Of a stretch of DNA of 64,000 nucleotides, positions 54,480 through 63,841 are shown piece after piece. Numbering within the stretch: position 1 is the first letter of the stretch; each line of letters begins with the position of its first letter. The notes under the pieces were generated by a model, which saw only the letters and a list, made by a program, of their open reading frames with translations, searched no databases and was not told the DNA's origin. The DNA comes from Candidatus Thorarchaeota archaeon (GTDB lineage: Archaea; Asgardarchaeota; Thorarchaeia; Thorarchaeales; Thorarchaeaceae), in contig JBHLRZ010000004.1 in the NCBI GenBank assembly GCA_048882045.1, positions 85,257 to 149,256 of the forward strand. The letters run 5' to 3'. The position numbers were made by a program, and so were the translations under genes.

Positions 54480-55667
54480 GTGTTACTTGAGCCCGACCTT
54501 CAGAAACTCGCTGTTGAAAGCCGTCAGAAGTTGATAGAGGAGTTTGCTGAAAAGTACGCCAATCTGAGAGAGCGAGTCAAGCGAGTTCCAGATGCAGACG
54601 CTCAAAAGATCTCAGAAACTCTATCTTGTCCTCTGGAAGTTGCGATGGTTGCATATCTTATCAATATGGATGGCATCATGACAGTGAAGAAGGCAGTCGG
54701 CCAACTGAGTGCTGAGCTTGAAAGGAGAGCCACGGTTGGCGAGGATATCCCCAATCTTCCTGGCAACATCATGGAGTTTGCTCTTGTGGAAGGAAAATGG
54801 ATTTCTCACATATTTGGGAGTTTTGTGAGACAGATTGAACTCAAGGCAAGAGAGTTGGCAAACCTCGAGGAAGGAATTGATACTTCCTCAATTGAAGTTG
54901 AGAAGGCTCTTTCGATAATCTCAACAAGAACAAAGATCTCGGAAACGATTATTGCTCCTGTTCTAGAAGAATGGATGAAAGATCATCCAAAAGCTCACAG
55001 CATGGATGTGCTTACTGCATTTGGACAAGGCATCACCAAGTGGAACAGAAATACGCTAACAGGAAAGTTTCTTCAAGTTCAACGAAGAAACCAAGCCTTA
55101 TTCCGTGTGCTGAGAGAGTGTTTAAAGAAAGCTTCTGATTCATTCACAATAGATGCATCAATAAAACGTCTTGACACATTGATTCAAGAACTAGAAAGTC
55201 CGTTCGAAGAGATGACTCTGAGAGCTATCTCCCATATGCTTCTTCATATTGTTCCTCGTCAGTCAACAGGACGAGGAGACCGCTCTGCATATGTTGCTAT
55301 TGGTGCTGGTTCTACCAGGGGTTACAAAGCTGAACCTGACCTGACCTCTCCGTTTGATTTCCTTGAACGTGATGTCAAGCTAGCCAAGAGAAGAAGGGGT
55401 ATTGAGCGAGAAGAGTACCTCAAAGAAAAGATTGCTCGTGTTCTACGTGTATTGAAATATCAGGAGAACACACCCGCAGAATCTCTAGAGAAGTGTTTCT
55501 ATGAACTAGCTGATCGACTTCACCTAGAGAATGTCTTACTCGAAGACGAAATTATTTCGTCGACAGAACAGATTGCCAATGCAATTGAATCAGAGAAAAT
55601 TAATCTCACAATGAAGCTAATCTACGATTTTGTCGCAAGCTTCGTATATGGGGAGGAAACTGCTTGA
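54480..55667 (+). CDS. hypothetical all-helical protein
   Basis: 395-aa ORF with a GTG start and GAGGAA upstream. No family recognised. Confidence 0.55.
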   Translation: MLLEPDLQKLAVESRQKLIEEFAEKYANLRERVKRVPDADAQKISETLSCPLEVAMVAYLINMDGIMTVKKAVGQLSAELERRATVGEDIPNLPGNIMEFALVEGKWISHIFGSFVRQIELKARELANLEEGIDTSSIEVEKALSIISTRTKISETIIAPVLEEWMKDHPKAHSMDVLTAFGQGITKWNRNTLTGKFLQVQRRNQALFRVLRECLKKASDSFTIDASIKRLDTLIQELESPFEEMTLRAISHMLLHIVPRQSTGRGDRSAYVAIGAGSTRGYKAEPDLTSPFDFLERDVKLAKRRRGIEREEYLKEKIARVLRVLKYQENTPAESLEKCFYELADRLHLENVLLEDEIISSTEQIANAIESEKINLTMKLIYDFVASFVYGEETA

Positions 55668-55669
55668 AT

Positions 55670-56440
55670 ATGTCTCAGAACCCTCTCTACTGGTTGATTG
55701 AGATTGAATCCTATGACTATAATGTTGGTGTGCTCAAGGGTGTCGACCTGCATGGAAAGGTGCTGATTCTCTCAAGCCAATTATGGTCAATCATCAGAGG
55801 TACAAGAGTCTACTCGATATTGATAGGACCTGGTATCTTCAAGGGTACTGGAATTAAGGGCAACATCCGAGTGGATGTTCTCGAACCTCTTTCTGCCTTG
55901 ATGTTCGACCCTACCATGATCAGATACGATGAACCGCTTCCTCAAGTCGATATCGTTACTCCTGAAGTGATTGATCCAATTGGTGAGAGAGAGATTGAGG
56001 AGATTATAACAGTCATTCGAAATCTTATTGTTGAGAAAGGCAACGTTCTGACTGCAGATCCCTTAGCAACGGTGCAGACAGATGCAAATGTGCCTCGGAC
56101 AGCTCACTATGAAGAGGTTTACGAACGAATCAATGTTTCACATGTTTCTGGATTGCAACGTGCCAAATTCATTCTCGCTGGAACAAACGGGCCAATGTAT
56201 AAACCCTTCGTGGAGTTTTATGAGAGCAAGAAGTTCTGGCATCGTCAGAGGACAAAGATCATGGCTACTCCATTCTTCAAATTTAGTAGCTTTGCTGACA
56301 TCGATGTCATGTCGGATTGGATGATAGTTGAAAAGGCTGGACTGGACACCAAAACAGGAATCGAAGCCATTGGGGATGAGTATGAACACACCCTTGAGAT
56401 GGTAGACAAGGAGAAGGACAAGTACATCTTCGAGCTGTGA
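55670..56440 (+). CDS. hypothetical protein
   Basis: 256 aa from ATG 55670, 2 nt after the upstream stop. GGGAGGA at 55651-55657. No family recognised. Confidence 0.55.
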   Translation: MSQNPLYWLIEIESYDYNVGVLKGVDLHGKVLILSSQLWSIIRGTRVYSILIGPGIFKGTGIKGNIRVDVLEPLSALMFDPTMIRYDEPLPQVDIVTPEVIDPIGEREIEEIITVIRNLIVEKGNVLTADPLATVQTDANVPRTAHYEEVYERINVSHVSGLQRAKFILAGTNGPMYKPFVEFYESKKFWHRQRTKIMATPFFKFSSFADIDVMSDWMIVEKAGLDTKTGIEAIGDEYEHTLEMVDKEKDKYIFEL

Positions 56441-56496
56441 TTCAACCGCAAGAGTCTTTTCCATCGTTTTTCGCTCAACGACAGAGGTCATTCTAG

Positions 56497-59115
56497 TTGG
56501 AAATAGCTGATGCTGACATTCAGAAGAGACTCGCTAAGCCCTATACAGTGGTAATTAGGGTGGGAAAGCAGGATTTCACTGCTAGAGTCGACATATTCTC
56601 TGATGTCCTCAGAGATCGGCAGCGTTCAATGTTGGGTGGATTGATTGAGTTTGGACGCCGTCAATCAGGTCTCCTTGAGATTACTCGATTCTGGTTCGTT
56701 AAGTACAACAAACCAGTCTATTATCAACAGAAGGAGGCTCATGAGATTCTCAGGAAGGCAGTTCATATCATCATTCCCAAAGAACAGAAGCCAGAATTCT
56801 TTAGAGACCTCAAGGATTTGCTAAAGCGACTCAATACAAAAGAACCTCGCATCGTTCCTACATGTCAACACTGTCTTCGTGAGGATAGGCTATCAGTTCT
56901 GACGAAAAGAAATGCAGTCAAGATTACAGAGAATCAGGTTACCTGCACGACCTGTGCTCAGAGCGACTTGAAGACTGAATTGAAAACGCTAGGCATCCAT
57001 CTCTCTCGAGCCATGATCAGTCAGCTTGAGAAACAGGTTTCTCGAGTGAAGTCAGTTCCCCGTCTTATTGATATGATGACTCCAGGCTTCGATCCGACTC
57101 GTGAACCAGACCTCACACTTGTTGACACAATTGTTGCAGAAGATTCTGGAAAATCAAATAGGGTTGCGGATCTCCCCATCCCTGACGATTTCAAGGAGGT
57201 TCTTAAAAGCACTGGTCTTGAGTATCTCCTACCAATTCAGAGCAAGGTCGTGGAGGCTGGTCTCTTCAATAATACGAATATGCTGATCGTTTCATCGACA
57301 TCTTCAGGAAAGACACTCTTGGGAGAACTTGCTGGTATCCCGAAAGCGATGCAGGGCAAGAAGATGATCTATATGTCTCCCCTGGTAGCTCTTACAAATG
57401 AAAAGTACGAACAGTTCAGGAAGAACTACAAACCACTTGGAGTACGTGTCGGAATCAAAGTTGGAATGTCCCGTTTGGATGTAGGTGATGAGGGGAAGCC
57501 TATCGTTGACACTGACATCAAGAAGGCAGATGTCATTTGTGCAACATACGAGGCTCTCGATCTATTATTCCGATCTGGAGCAACAGAGGACCTCGGAGCA
57601 GTTGGAACAGTTATTATCGATGAAATCCAGAATCTTGCGGATCCAGAGAGAGGTCCTGAGCTGGACGGACTACTCGCTCGAATGAGGTTTCATTTTCCAA
57701 AAGCTCAGTACCTCGCTCTCTCAGCAACAGTTGGTTCTCCTGATATCCTAGCGAAAGAGTTGAACTTCAAACTAATCAATTATGAGGGCAGACCAGTTCT
57801 TCTTGAGCGACATCTCGTCTTTGCTAGATCTGACGAGGAGAAACGCTCAATCATTCGTAGACTGGTGAACGAGGAATTTCGTCATGTCAGCAGTACGGGA
57901 AACAAGGGACAGTCAATAGTCTTCACCTATTCAAGAAGAAGAGCCCACACACTGAGCGACTGGCTCCGAGAACACCGAGTGTCTGCAGCTGTCTATCATG
58001 GAGGTCTCTCCTATTCAAAGAGGCGGCAGGTCGAACGCTCATTCTCAAGGCAACGACAATCGAGTGTTGTCACAACTGCTGCATTGGGTGCAGGAGTTGA
58101 TCTAGCTGCTTCTCAAGTGATCTTCGAATCGTTGGCAATGGGAGCTGAGTGGTTGTCCACCGCAGAGTTCGAACAGATGCTTGGCCGGGCAGGGAGACTG
58201 GGGAAACATGACCGCGGCAAAATCTACATCATTGTTCAACCTGAGAGAAAATATCACAGTGGACAGGATAAGACCGAAGACGAGATTGCGGTTGAACTCC
58301 TGAACGGGATTATTGAGGATGTTGAACCCTTCGCTGACAAAGAAACGAGTTCTGAACAGCTTCTAGCGACAATATGTTCAACTGGCTTAGTAGACCTGAA
58401 ACCAGTAGCACTGGCATACAAGCGAATGCTCTCCATGTCGGTTCCTCCATCGGAAGCTCTGAAGCATCTTGTGAGGAAACATATGATTCGTGTAAAGGAA
58501 GGTGGAGTCCATCCGACAGACCTGGGAAAAGCAACATCACTCTCATTCCTTCCTCCAAGCTTGGGACTTGAGGTCTTGCAACTTACCAAGTCTTATGATG
58601 TCATTGATATTGCTATCATGTTGGAACCGTTTGAAAATGTCTACCTGAGTAACAAGCTCCAAGAAGAGGTCAACTCAGCATTTAGAACCCACATGCCTAC
58701 TCGATTTTTCTCCGGAGTCTTCAATGAGATCAGTGATGCGAGCAAGCCACAAGGAGGAGCAGGAAGGCTCCCACAATGGGTCTTTGAGGTTTTTGGGAAA
58801 TGGACTACGACATTCTTCACTTGCGGGTGTCACGACTATCCAGAGTGTGATCATGGAAAGGTCACTTTTGGACGATGGCTCGTTGAGAAGAGGAAAGAGG
58901 GTCTCAATCCATCAGGTCTGGCTAAGAAGATTCATGATGACTTCGAGCTCTGGGCATATCCGGGAGACATATTCTCATGGCTTGATTCCTTGATTCATAA
59001 TCTGAAGGCTGTTCAACGGATAGCCAACGTAGCTGGCAAGACGGACCTGAGTGTTGAGATTGATGGACAAATCGCCAGAATTGAGCGTCCTTTAGAACAG
59101 GAATCTCAGAAGTGA
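56497..59115 (+). CDS. SF2 Ski2-like helicase with N-terminal CxxC..CxxC zinc finger (archaeal ASH-Ski2-like)
   Basis: Helicase motifs SSTSSGKT (I), IIDEIQNL (II), LSATVG (III), TTAALGAGVDL (V) and QMLGRAGRLG (VI). N-terminal CQHCLRED...CTTCAQSD. C-terminal TCGCHDYPECDHG cluster. TTG start, with no in-frame ATG before residue 45. Confidence 0.85.
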   Translation: MEIADADIQKRLAKPYTVVIRVGKQDFTARVDIFSDVLRDRQRSMLGGLIEFGRRQSGLLEITRFWFVKYNKPVYYQQKEAHEILRKAVHIIIPKEQKPEFFRDLKDLLKRLNTKEPRIVPTCQHCLREDRLSVLTKRNAVKITENQVTCTTCAQSDLKTELKTLGIHLSRAMISQLEKQVSRVKSVPRLIDMMTPGFDPTREPDLTLVDTIVAEDSGKSNRVADLPIPDDFKEVLKSTGLEYLLPIQSKVVEAGLFNNTNMLIVSSTSSGKTLLGELAGIPKAMQGKKMIYMSPLVALTNEKYEQFRKNYKPLGVRVGIKVGMSRLDVGDEGKPIVDTDIKKADVICATYEALDLLFRSGATEDLGAVGTVIIDEIQNLADPERGPELDGLLARMRFHFPKAQYLALSATVGSPDILAKELNFKLINYEGRPVLLERHLVFARSDEEKRSIIRRLVNEEFRHVSSTGNKGQSIVFTYSRRRAHTLSDWLREHRVSAAVYHGGLSYSKRRQVERSFSRQRQSSVVTTAALGAGVDLAASQVIFESLAMGAEWLSTAEFEQMLGRAGRLGKHDRGKIYIIVQPERKYHSGQDKTEDEIAVELLNGIIEDVEPFADKETSSEQLLATICSTGLVDLKPVALAYKRMLSMSVPPSEALKHLVRKHMIRVKEGGVHPTDLGKATSLSFLPPSLGLEVLQLTKSYDVIDIAIMLEPFENVYLSNKLQEEVNSAFRTHMPTRFFSGVFNEISDASKPQGGAGRLPQWVFEVFGKWTTTFFTCGCHDYPECDHGKVTFGRWLVEKRKEGLNPSGLAKKIHDDFELWAYPGDIFSWLDSLIHNLKAVQRIANVAGKTDLSVEIDGQIARIERPLEQESQK

Positions 59116-59156
59116 GTCAGAGAATTTAATACATAGCTCACAAATGATAGTTTGGC

Positions 59157-62100
59157 GTGGTGTTTTTGAAGAATAGGTCTATTCTCTCAGTATCAATCTC
59201 TGTCCTTCTCTTGATACTCCCATTCATGATTGCGTCAATGTCACTACCATCATCGAGTACAATTGTAACTCAAGATACCCTATCGCCTTGGGTTCGTACA
59301 AATGGACCTTATGGTGGACTCATGAACTGCGTCGAGATAGATCCGACCAATTCAGATATTCTTTATGCAGTTGGAGCAGGGAGTGACATATTCAAGTCGA
59401 CAAATGGTGGGTCTAATTGGTCAGTGGTGGGAACTTTACCGACACCAACCCCCCAGATTACTGATTTAATCATTTCAAAAACGAACCCACAGACATTGTA
59501 TCTACAAACGGTAAATAGTGTTGAGATCACAGGTCAACTTTATAGAAGCACTAATGGTGGCGTCGATTGGTCAAGAATAAACTATGATCCAATCCACCAG
59601 GATATGTCTGTGATGCATTTCGCTCTTCATCCAACAAATGACTCGATATTAGTTGCTGTCATGTGGAATGCTTTTGTATTCATGACAAAGGATGCTGGTT
59701 CTACCTGGGTAAATGTCTCTGGATCTCTACCACGACACGAGTACACCGACATAGCAATCAGTGGTGATAACGAAATTTGGGTGGGAGTTGGTGATCCAAG
59801 AATGAATGACAATGGTAGCCTCTATCACACGGTAGATGGTGGTGTGGGTTGGGAAAAGGAGAACCTCACTCAAGCTCCTGAAACTTTCATTAACACTATT
59901 ATGGTCCATCCTGATGATCCAAGCACTGTCTATGTTAGCCTGAGAAATAAGCCCGATGAGCCCATTGATCCACATACGAGCTACCTATCCATGACCGATG
60001 ATGGAGGGACCACCTGGCAACAGTTGAATACAACTAGTACACTACGCTTGTTAGCTATTGTTCCTTCTCTTGACAATGATACAATATACGCTTCTTATGG
60101 ACCCATAGTGTATACAACGCACAACTATGGTCTTCATTGGGATGACATCACTATCTATACTAATACTTCCACAACTATGACAAATGACATCAATGATCTA
60201 GAGGTAGATCCCACAAACAACAACACCCTCTATATTCCGAGACGAACTTATGGAATATACAAGAGTATAGATGGTGGAGAAAACTGGACCACTCTCACTG
60301 ATGGTCTTAACAATACAAATGCTTGTCTTGTCATTGCATCATTGGTTGAGGGTAGTGATACAGTCTATGTATCAGCAGTTGAAGGGACTGGTACTTTTCG
60401 AACCGATGACACGGGAGAGAGTTGGCACTATTTAGATGAAGGAGGAATCTGGCATCCATTTACAGATGAGATACAAATCAGTCCCCATGATCCGAACACA
60501 GTCTGGCAAATAGCAGATATTGGTACGATATTTATTACCAATGATAGGGGAGAGACATGGGAGTCTAAATACCATCCACAGCATGGATATGGTTTCCGTT
60601 TTTCGTCTGTGACAACTATCGAATCAGCTCCATCTGATAATGATATTCTTTATGCTGTCAAAGCGGGATGGGGGCTATTCGGAAGTGAGGATGGTGGATA
60701 TACTTGGGATTTCCTAGCTCCCTCTGAAGTTGACTACTCATACACCCTCGCAGTTGACCCCACAAATGCAAGTATTGTTTACAGTGGCCATAACCCGAAA
60801 CCTTTCCAAGATTGGGCTATGGTAAGAAAATCAGAGAACGGTGGAATATCCTGGGAAACTGTACTCAATGTAACAGGATCTGAGGGAATTACCTCATTGG
60901 CAATTGATCCTAATAATCCAGATACGTTGTATGCAGGAAGCATTAGTGAAACTGGCGGTGAAGTATACAAGACTATGGACGCTGGTCTAAATTGGGAGAG
61001 GCTGAATGATAATTTCACAATGTGTACAGTTATGGCACAGCCACAACTCATCGTCGACCCAACAAATCCTGGTATTGCTTATATCGGGACTTGGTTGGGT
61101 GGAACATGGAAGACAGTAGATGCAGGAGCTACTTGGACACTGCTAGAGAATGCACCCATTTCTGCAACTGCTATTCAATTCGATAAACAAGATAGCAACA
61201 TCCTATACCTGGCTGATAGGTCAACTCCTTCATTGTGGAAATCATTAGATGCAGGTGCAACTTGGTTTGATATAGCCAATTTCCAAGCTAATGGATCTTT
61301 CCTAGTCAATAATGTCTATGCTAATGGAGATGTGATTTATTGCGCTACATTTGGTCCGCCTACAATTGGTGGCGATTTGTATCGGTCCATTGACGGAGGT
61401 GCGACCTGGAGTAAAATAACTGGCATACTGCCAAGGAGTGTTCTTGACATTGCTGTGGATCCTGTAAGTCCTGAGATTGTCTATGTCACAACTCATGTGA
61501 AACAGGCATACAAATCTATCAATAGTGGTGATACATGGACAGAACTTGTGAACTATCCTGATGTTGGTGGCTTTGATATTGAAATTGACCCTTCAAACAC
61601 GTCAATTCTCTACTCATGCGGCTTTGGAAATACTTCGATACCAGATTGGGTAGATCCACAGTCCTTTTCTTTCACTGATAATCCAGGAGTCTACAAATCT
61701 GATGATTCTGGACAGACCTGGTATAGCATTTTAAATACAACAGATAAAGCACGCGCAATGCGAATATATCCAGGAAATAGTTCGATTCTCTTCGCAGTTG
61801 CTCATGGAGATGGGATATACCTCAGCGTTGATGCAGGCGAAACGTGGGTTACATACAATTCAGGACTTGATACACTTGGATTGACCTCTATCGATATACA
61901 AGGAGATACAATCTATGTTGGAACTCAGGGATATGGGGTCTATTCAGGAGATTTCAATCCCACGAGTAATTCAATCACTTGGAATAAACTCCGTAGTAAC
62001 AAACCAATACCCCAAGTATATAGTATGCAGATAGTTGTAGATCCACAAGATTCTGATAGAATCTATGTCAGCTCATTTCCTGGAGGTCTCTATCGGTCAG

Positions 62101-63455
62101 ATGATGCAGGTACAACATTCTATGATAAGAACTTCCAGACACCAAGTATTATTCCGTATGATCCGTTCCGGCAAGGATACTATACATTCGCCTTGAATCC
62201 TGATAACACAAGTGAGATTTGGCTAGGAACATGGGGTGGTGGTATGTTCAAGTCCTACGACCTGATGGATCACAATGTCCGGGCTGATGGGTCTGGAATG
62301 ACCATGCTCGGGAAGCATATCTATCAACTTGAGGTGAGTCCATTGCCCCCCTACACAGTATACGCTGCTACTGAGGAGGGAGTTTACATCTCAGAAGACT
62401 ATGGGGTTACCTGGTTGAACTTCAGTACAGGTTTGCATTCACTACAAGTACGTTCTATAGAACTCACATCAAATGGTCTTCTTTATTGTGGTACTCTTGG
62501 TTATGGGATGTACATTTACAACACTACTGAAAGCAAGTGGATACAATTACCTCCCTTTGGAGGTCTAGGCAATATATGGCCCATATGGAATGACAGACCC
62601 ACATACCAGTACTCGTCACTCCTGTTCCATCCAACCAATCCAAATATCGTCTATATCGGTTGTTTCCCTGCAGGAATTTTCATGAGTACTGATGGAGGTA
62701 CTACCTGGTTTGAAAGCAATGCAGGTTGGTTGAATGATGGAGTTTTCACCTTGGTCAATCATCCATTTGATTCAGAAGTGATTTACGCAGGAACATACAA
62801 CGGAGTATCTCGATCCTTCGATGGAGGTTTAACATGGCACAGACTTGATACAGGTTGGCCAGCAGAACAGTGGGCATTTTCGATAAGCTTCAATTGGCAA
62901 GACCCAGAGATAGTGTATGCAAGTTCGAAGAATGGCGAGAATGAAGGAGTAGGAAGACCAGACTTTCATGGTACAGTTATGAAGAGCGTTGATGGCGGAG
63001 AGAACTGGTTTGAAATTACAAACGGTTTGAATGTTACTCAGGAGTTCTATAAGATAATTGTAGACAAGCACAATCCAGACATTCTCTACCTTGCTTGTGA
63101 GAAAGAGGGGGTGTTCATTAGCTACAATGCAGGAGATTCTTGGGAGGCTTGGAATGAAGGTCTCACGAATAAACGTGCAGGTTCAAGCGGCAATAACATA
63201 GCTAATCCAATGGCAATATCAGCTGACGGACGCTACCTATACTTTGGTACATTCGGGTCCGGTGTGTTCCGAAGAACAATCTATACTCCTCCGACAACCC
63301 CTACAACAACTCCACCATTGACAACTACGACAACTACTCCATTTACTCCTCCACCGATAGACGATGGAATATTCTTTGTTCCGATAGTCATTACTCTTGG
63401 TGCAGCTACAGTTCTCATACTAATAGTTGCATCAAGAAAGATGAGAAAGTCCTGA
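59157..63455 (+). CDS. giant secreted Asp-box/BNR repeat multi-propeller protein (sortilin/Vps10- or GH74-like) with Thr/Pro linker and C-terminal TM anchor
   Basis: 1432 aa with a signal-like N-terminus. About 24 Asp-box motifs (S/T-x-D/N-x-G-x-T/S-W, for example STNGGSNWS, TDDGGTTWQ, SIDGGATWS, SVDGGENWF). Tail has PPTTPTTTPPLTTTTTTPFTPPP, then a TM helix and RKMRKS. Confidence 0.8.
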   Translation: MVFLKNRSILSVSISVLLLILPFMIASMSLPSSSTIVTQDTLSPWVRTNGPYGGLMNCVEIDPTNSDILYAVGAGSDIFKSTNGGSNWSVVGTLPTPTPQITDLIISKTNPQTLYLQTVNSVEITGQLYRSTNGGVDWSRINYDPIHQDMSVMHFALHPTNDSILVAVMWNAFVFMTKDAGSTWVNVSGSLPRHEYTDIAISGDNEIWVGVGDPRMNDNGSLYHTVDGGVGWEKENLTQAPETFINTIMVHPDDPSTVYVSLRNKPDEPIDPHTSYLSMTDDGGTTWQQLNTTSTLRLLAIVPSLDNDTIYASYGPIVYTTHNYGLHWDDITIYTNTSTTMTNDINDLEVDPTNNNTLYIPRRTYGIYKSIDGGENWTTLTDGLNNTNACLVIASLVEGSDTVYVSAVEGTGTFRTDDTGESWHYLDEGGIWHPFTDEIQISPHDPNTVWQIADIGTIFITNDRGETWESKYHPQHGYGFRFSSVTTIESAPSDNDILYAVKAGWGLFGSEDGGYTWDFLAPSEVDYSYTLAVDPTNASIVYSGHNPKPFQDWAMVRKSENGGISWETVLNVTGSEGITSLAIDPNNPDTLYAGSISETGGEVYKTMDAGLNWERLNDNFTMCTVMAQPQLIVDPTNPGIAYIGTWLGGTWKTVDAGATWTLLENAPISATAIQFDKQDSNILYLADRSTPSLWKSLDAGATWFDIANFQANGSFLVNNVYANGDVIYCATFGPPTIGGDLYRSIDGGATWSKITGILPRSVLDIAVDPVSPEIVYVTTHVKQAYKSINSGDTWTELVNYPDVGGFDIEIDPSNTSILYSCGFGNTSIPDWVDPQSFSFTDNPGVYKSDDSGQTWYSILNTTDKARAMRIYPGNSSILFAVAHGDGIYLSVDAGETWVTYNSGLDTLGLTSIDIQGDTIYVGTQGYGVYSGDFNPTSNSITWNKLRSNKPIPQVYSMQIVVDPQDSDRIYVSSFPGGLYRSDDAGTTFYDKNFQTPSIIPYDPFRQGYYTFALNPDNTSEIWLGTWGGGMFKSYDLMDHNVRADGSGMTMLGKHIYQLEVSPLPPYTVYAATEEGVYISEDYGVTWLNFSTGLHSLQVRSIELTSNGLLYCGTLGYGMYIYNTTESKWIQLPPFGGLGNIWPIWNDRPTYQYSSLLFHPTNPNIVYIGCFPAGIFMSTDGGTTWFESNAGWLNDGVFTLVNHPFDSEVIYAGTYNGVSRSFDGGLTWHRLDTGWPAEQWAFSISFNWQDPEIVYASSKNGENEGVGRPDFHGTVMKSVDGGENWFEITNGLNVTQEFYKIIVDKHNPDILYLACEKEGVFISYNAGDSWEAWNEGLTNKRAGSSGNNIANPMAISADGRYLYFGTFGSGVFRRTIYTPPTTPTTTPPLTTTTTTPFTPPPIDDGIFFVPIVITLGAATVLILIVASRKMRKS
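63285..63356 (+). repeat. Thr/Pro-codon low-complexity coding tract (linker)
   Basis: A run of ACN/CCN codons. Confidence 0.7.
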
Positions 63456-63716
63456 TCATGAAGTGAGGTTGTCCTTCTCCACCTCGAACTTTACACTGAT
63501 GTTCCCAATCAATTCTGGGGGCATTGAGTCGAGATTGAGGTCAAGCCAACTATGCAAGTCTCTTCTTATGGTCTCTTTCTCATCCAAGGGTTTTGGTAGT
63601 TCAGAACGATCTTCTGAAACCAAGTGGAAATGTTGGCATCCACAACTACATGCACCTTCAAGAACCATATCAATGTCAACTGATGTCTTTCCACAAGACC
63701 TGCAAACAAAGATCAT
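63456..63716 (-). CDS. small Zn-ribbon protein
   Basis: 86 aa: MIFVCRSCGKT...CSCGCQHFHLV, a CxxC..CxC pattern typical of small archaeal Zn-ribbon proteins. Its stop abuts the stop of the BNR gene (TGATCA). Confidence 0.5.
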   Translation of the reverse strand: MIFVCRSCGKTSVDIDMVLEGACSCGCQHFHLVSEDRSELPKPLDEKETIRRDLHSWLDLNLDSMPPELIGNISVKFEVEKDNLTS

Positions 63717-63841
63717 CTTTTTTTACACCCGGAAAAAGGGGGTCTCATCAGACTATGAGGATTGGTATCGCTTAGGTAATACACTGTTTATGTGAGTAGA
63801 CTTATGTACCGGGTGTCTACGCATCTTCTGGGGCAACAACG

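Noticed and set aside
55670-59115. Hachiman-like reading (256-aa HamA-like protein upstream of a Ski2-like HamB helicase)
   Set aside because: I could not find a convincing PD-(D/E)xK nuclease motif in the 256-aa protein. The helicase N-terminal CxxC..CxxC finger and overall size fit the housekeeping ASH-Ski2 group better. I kept it only as an alternative in the cluster finding.
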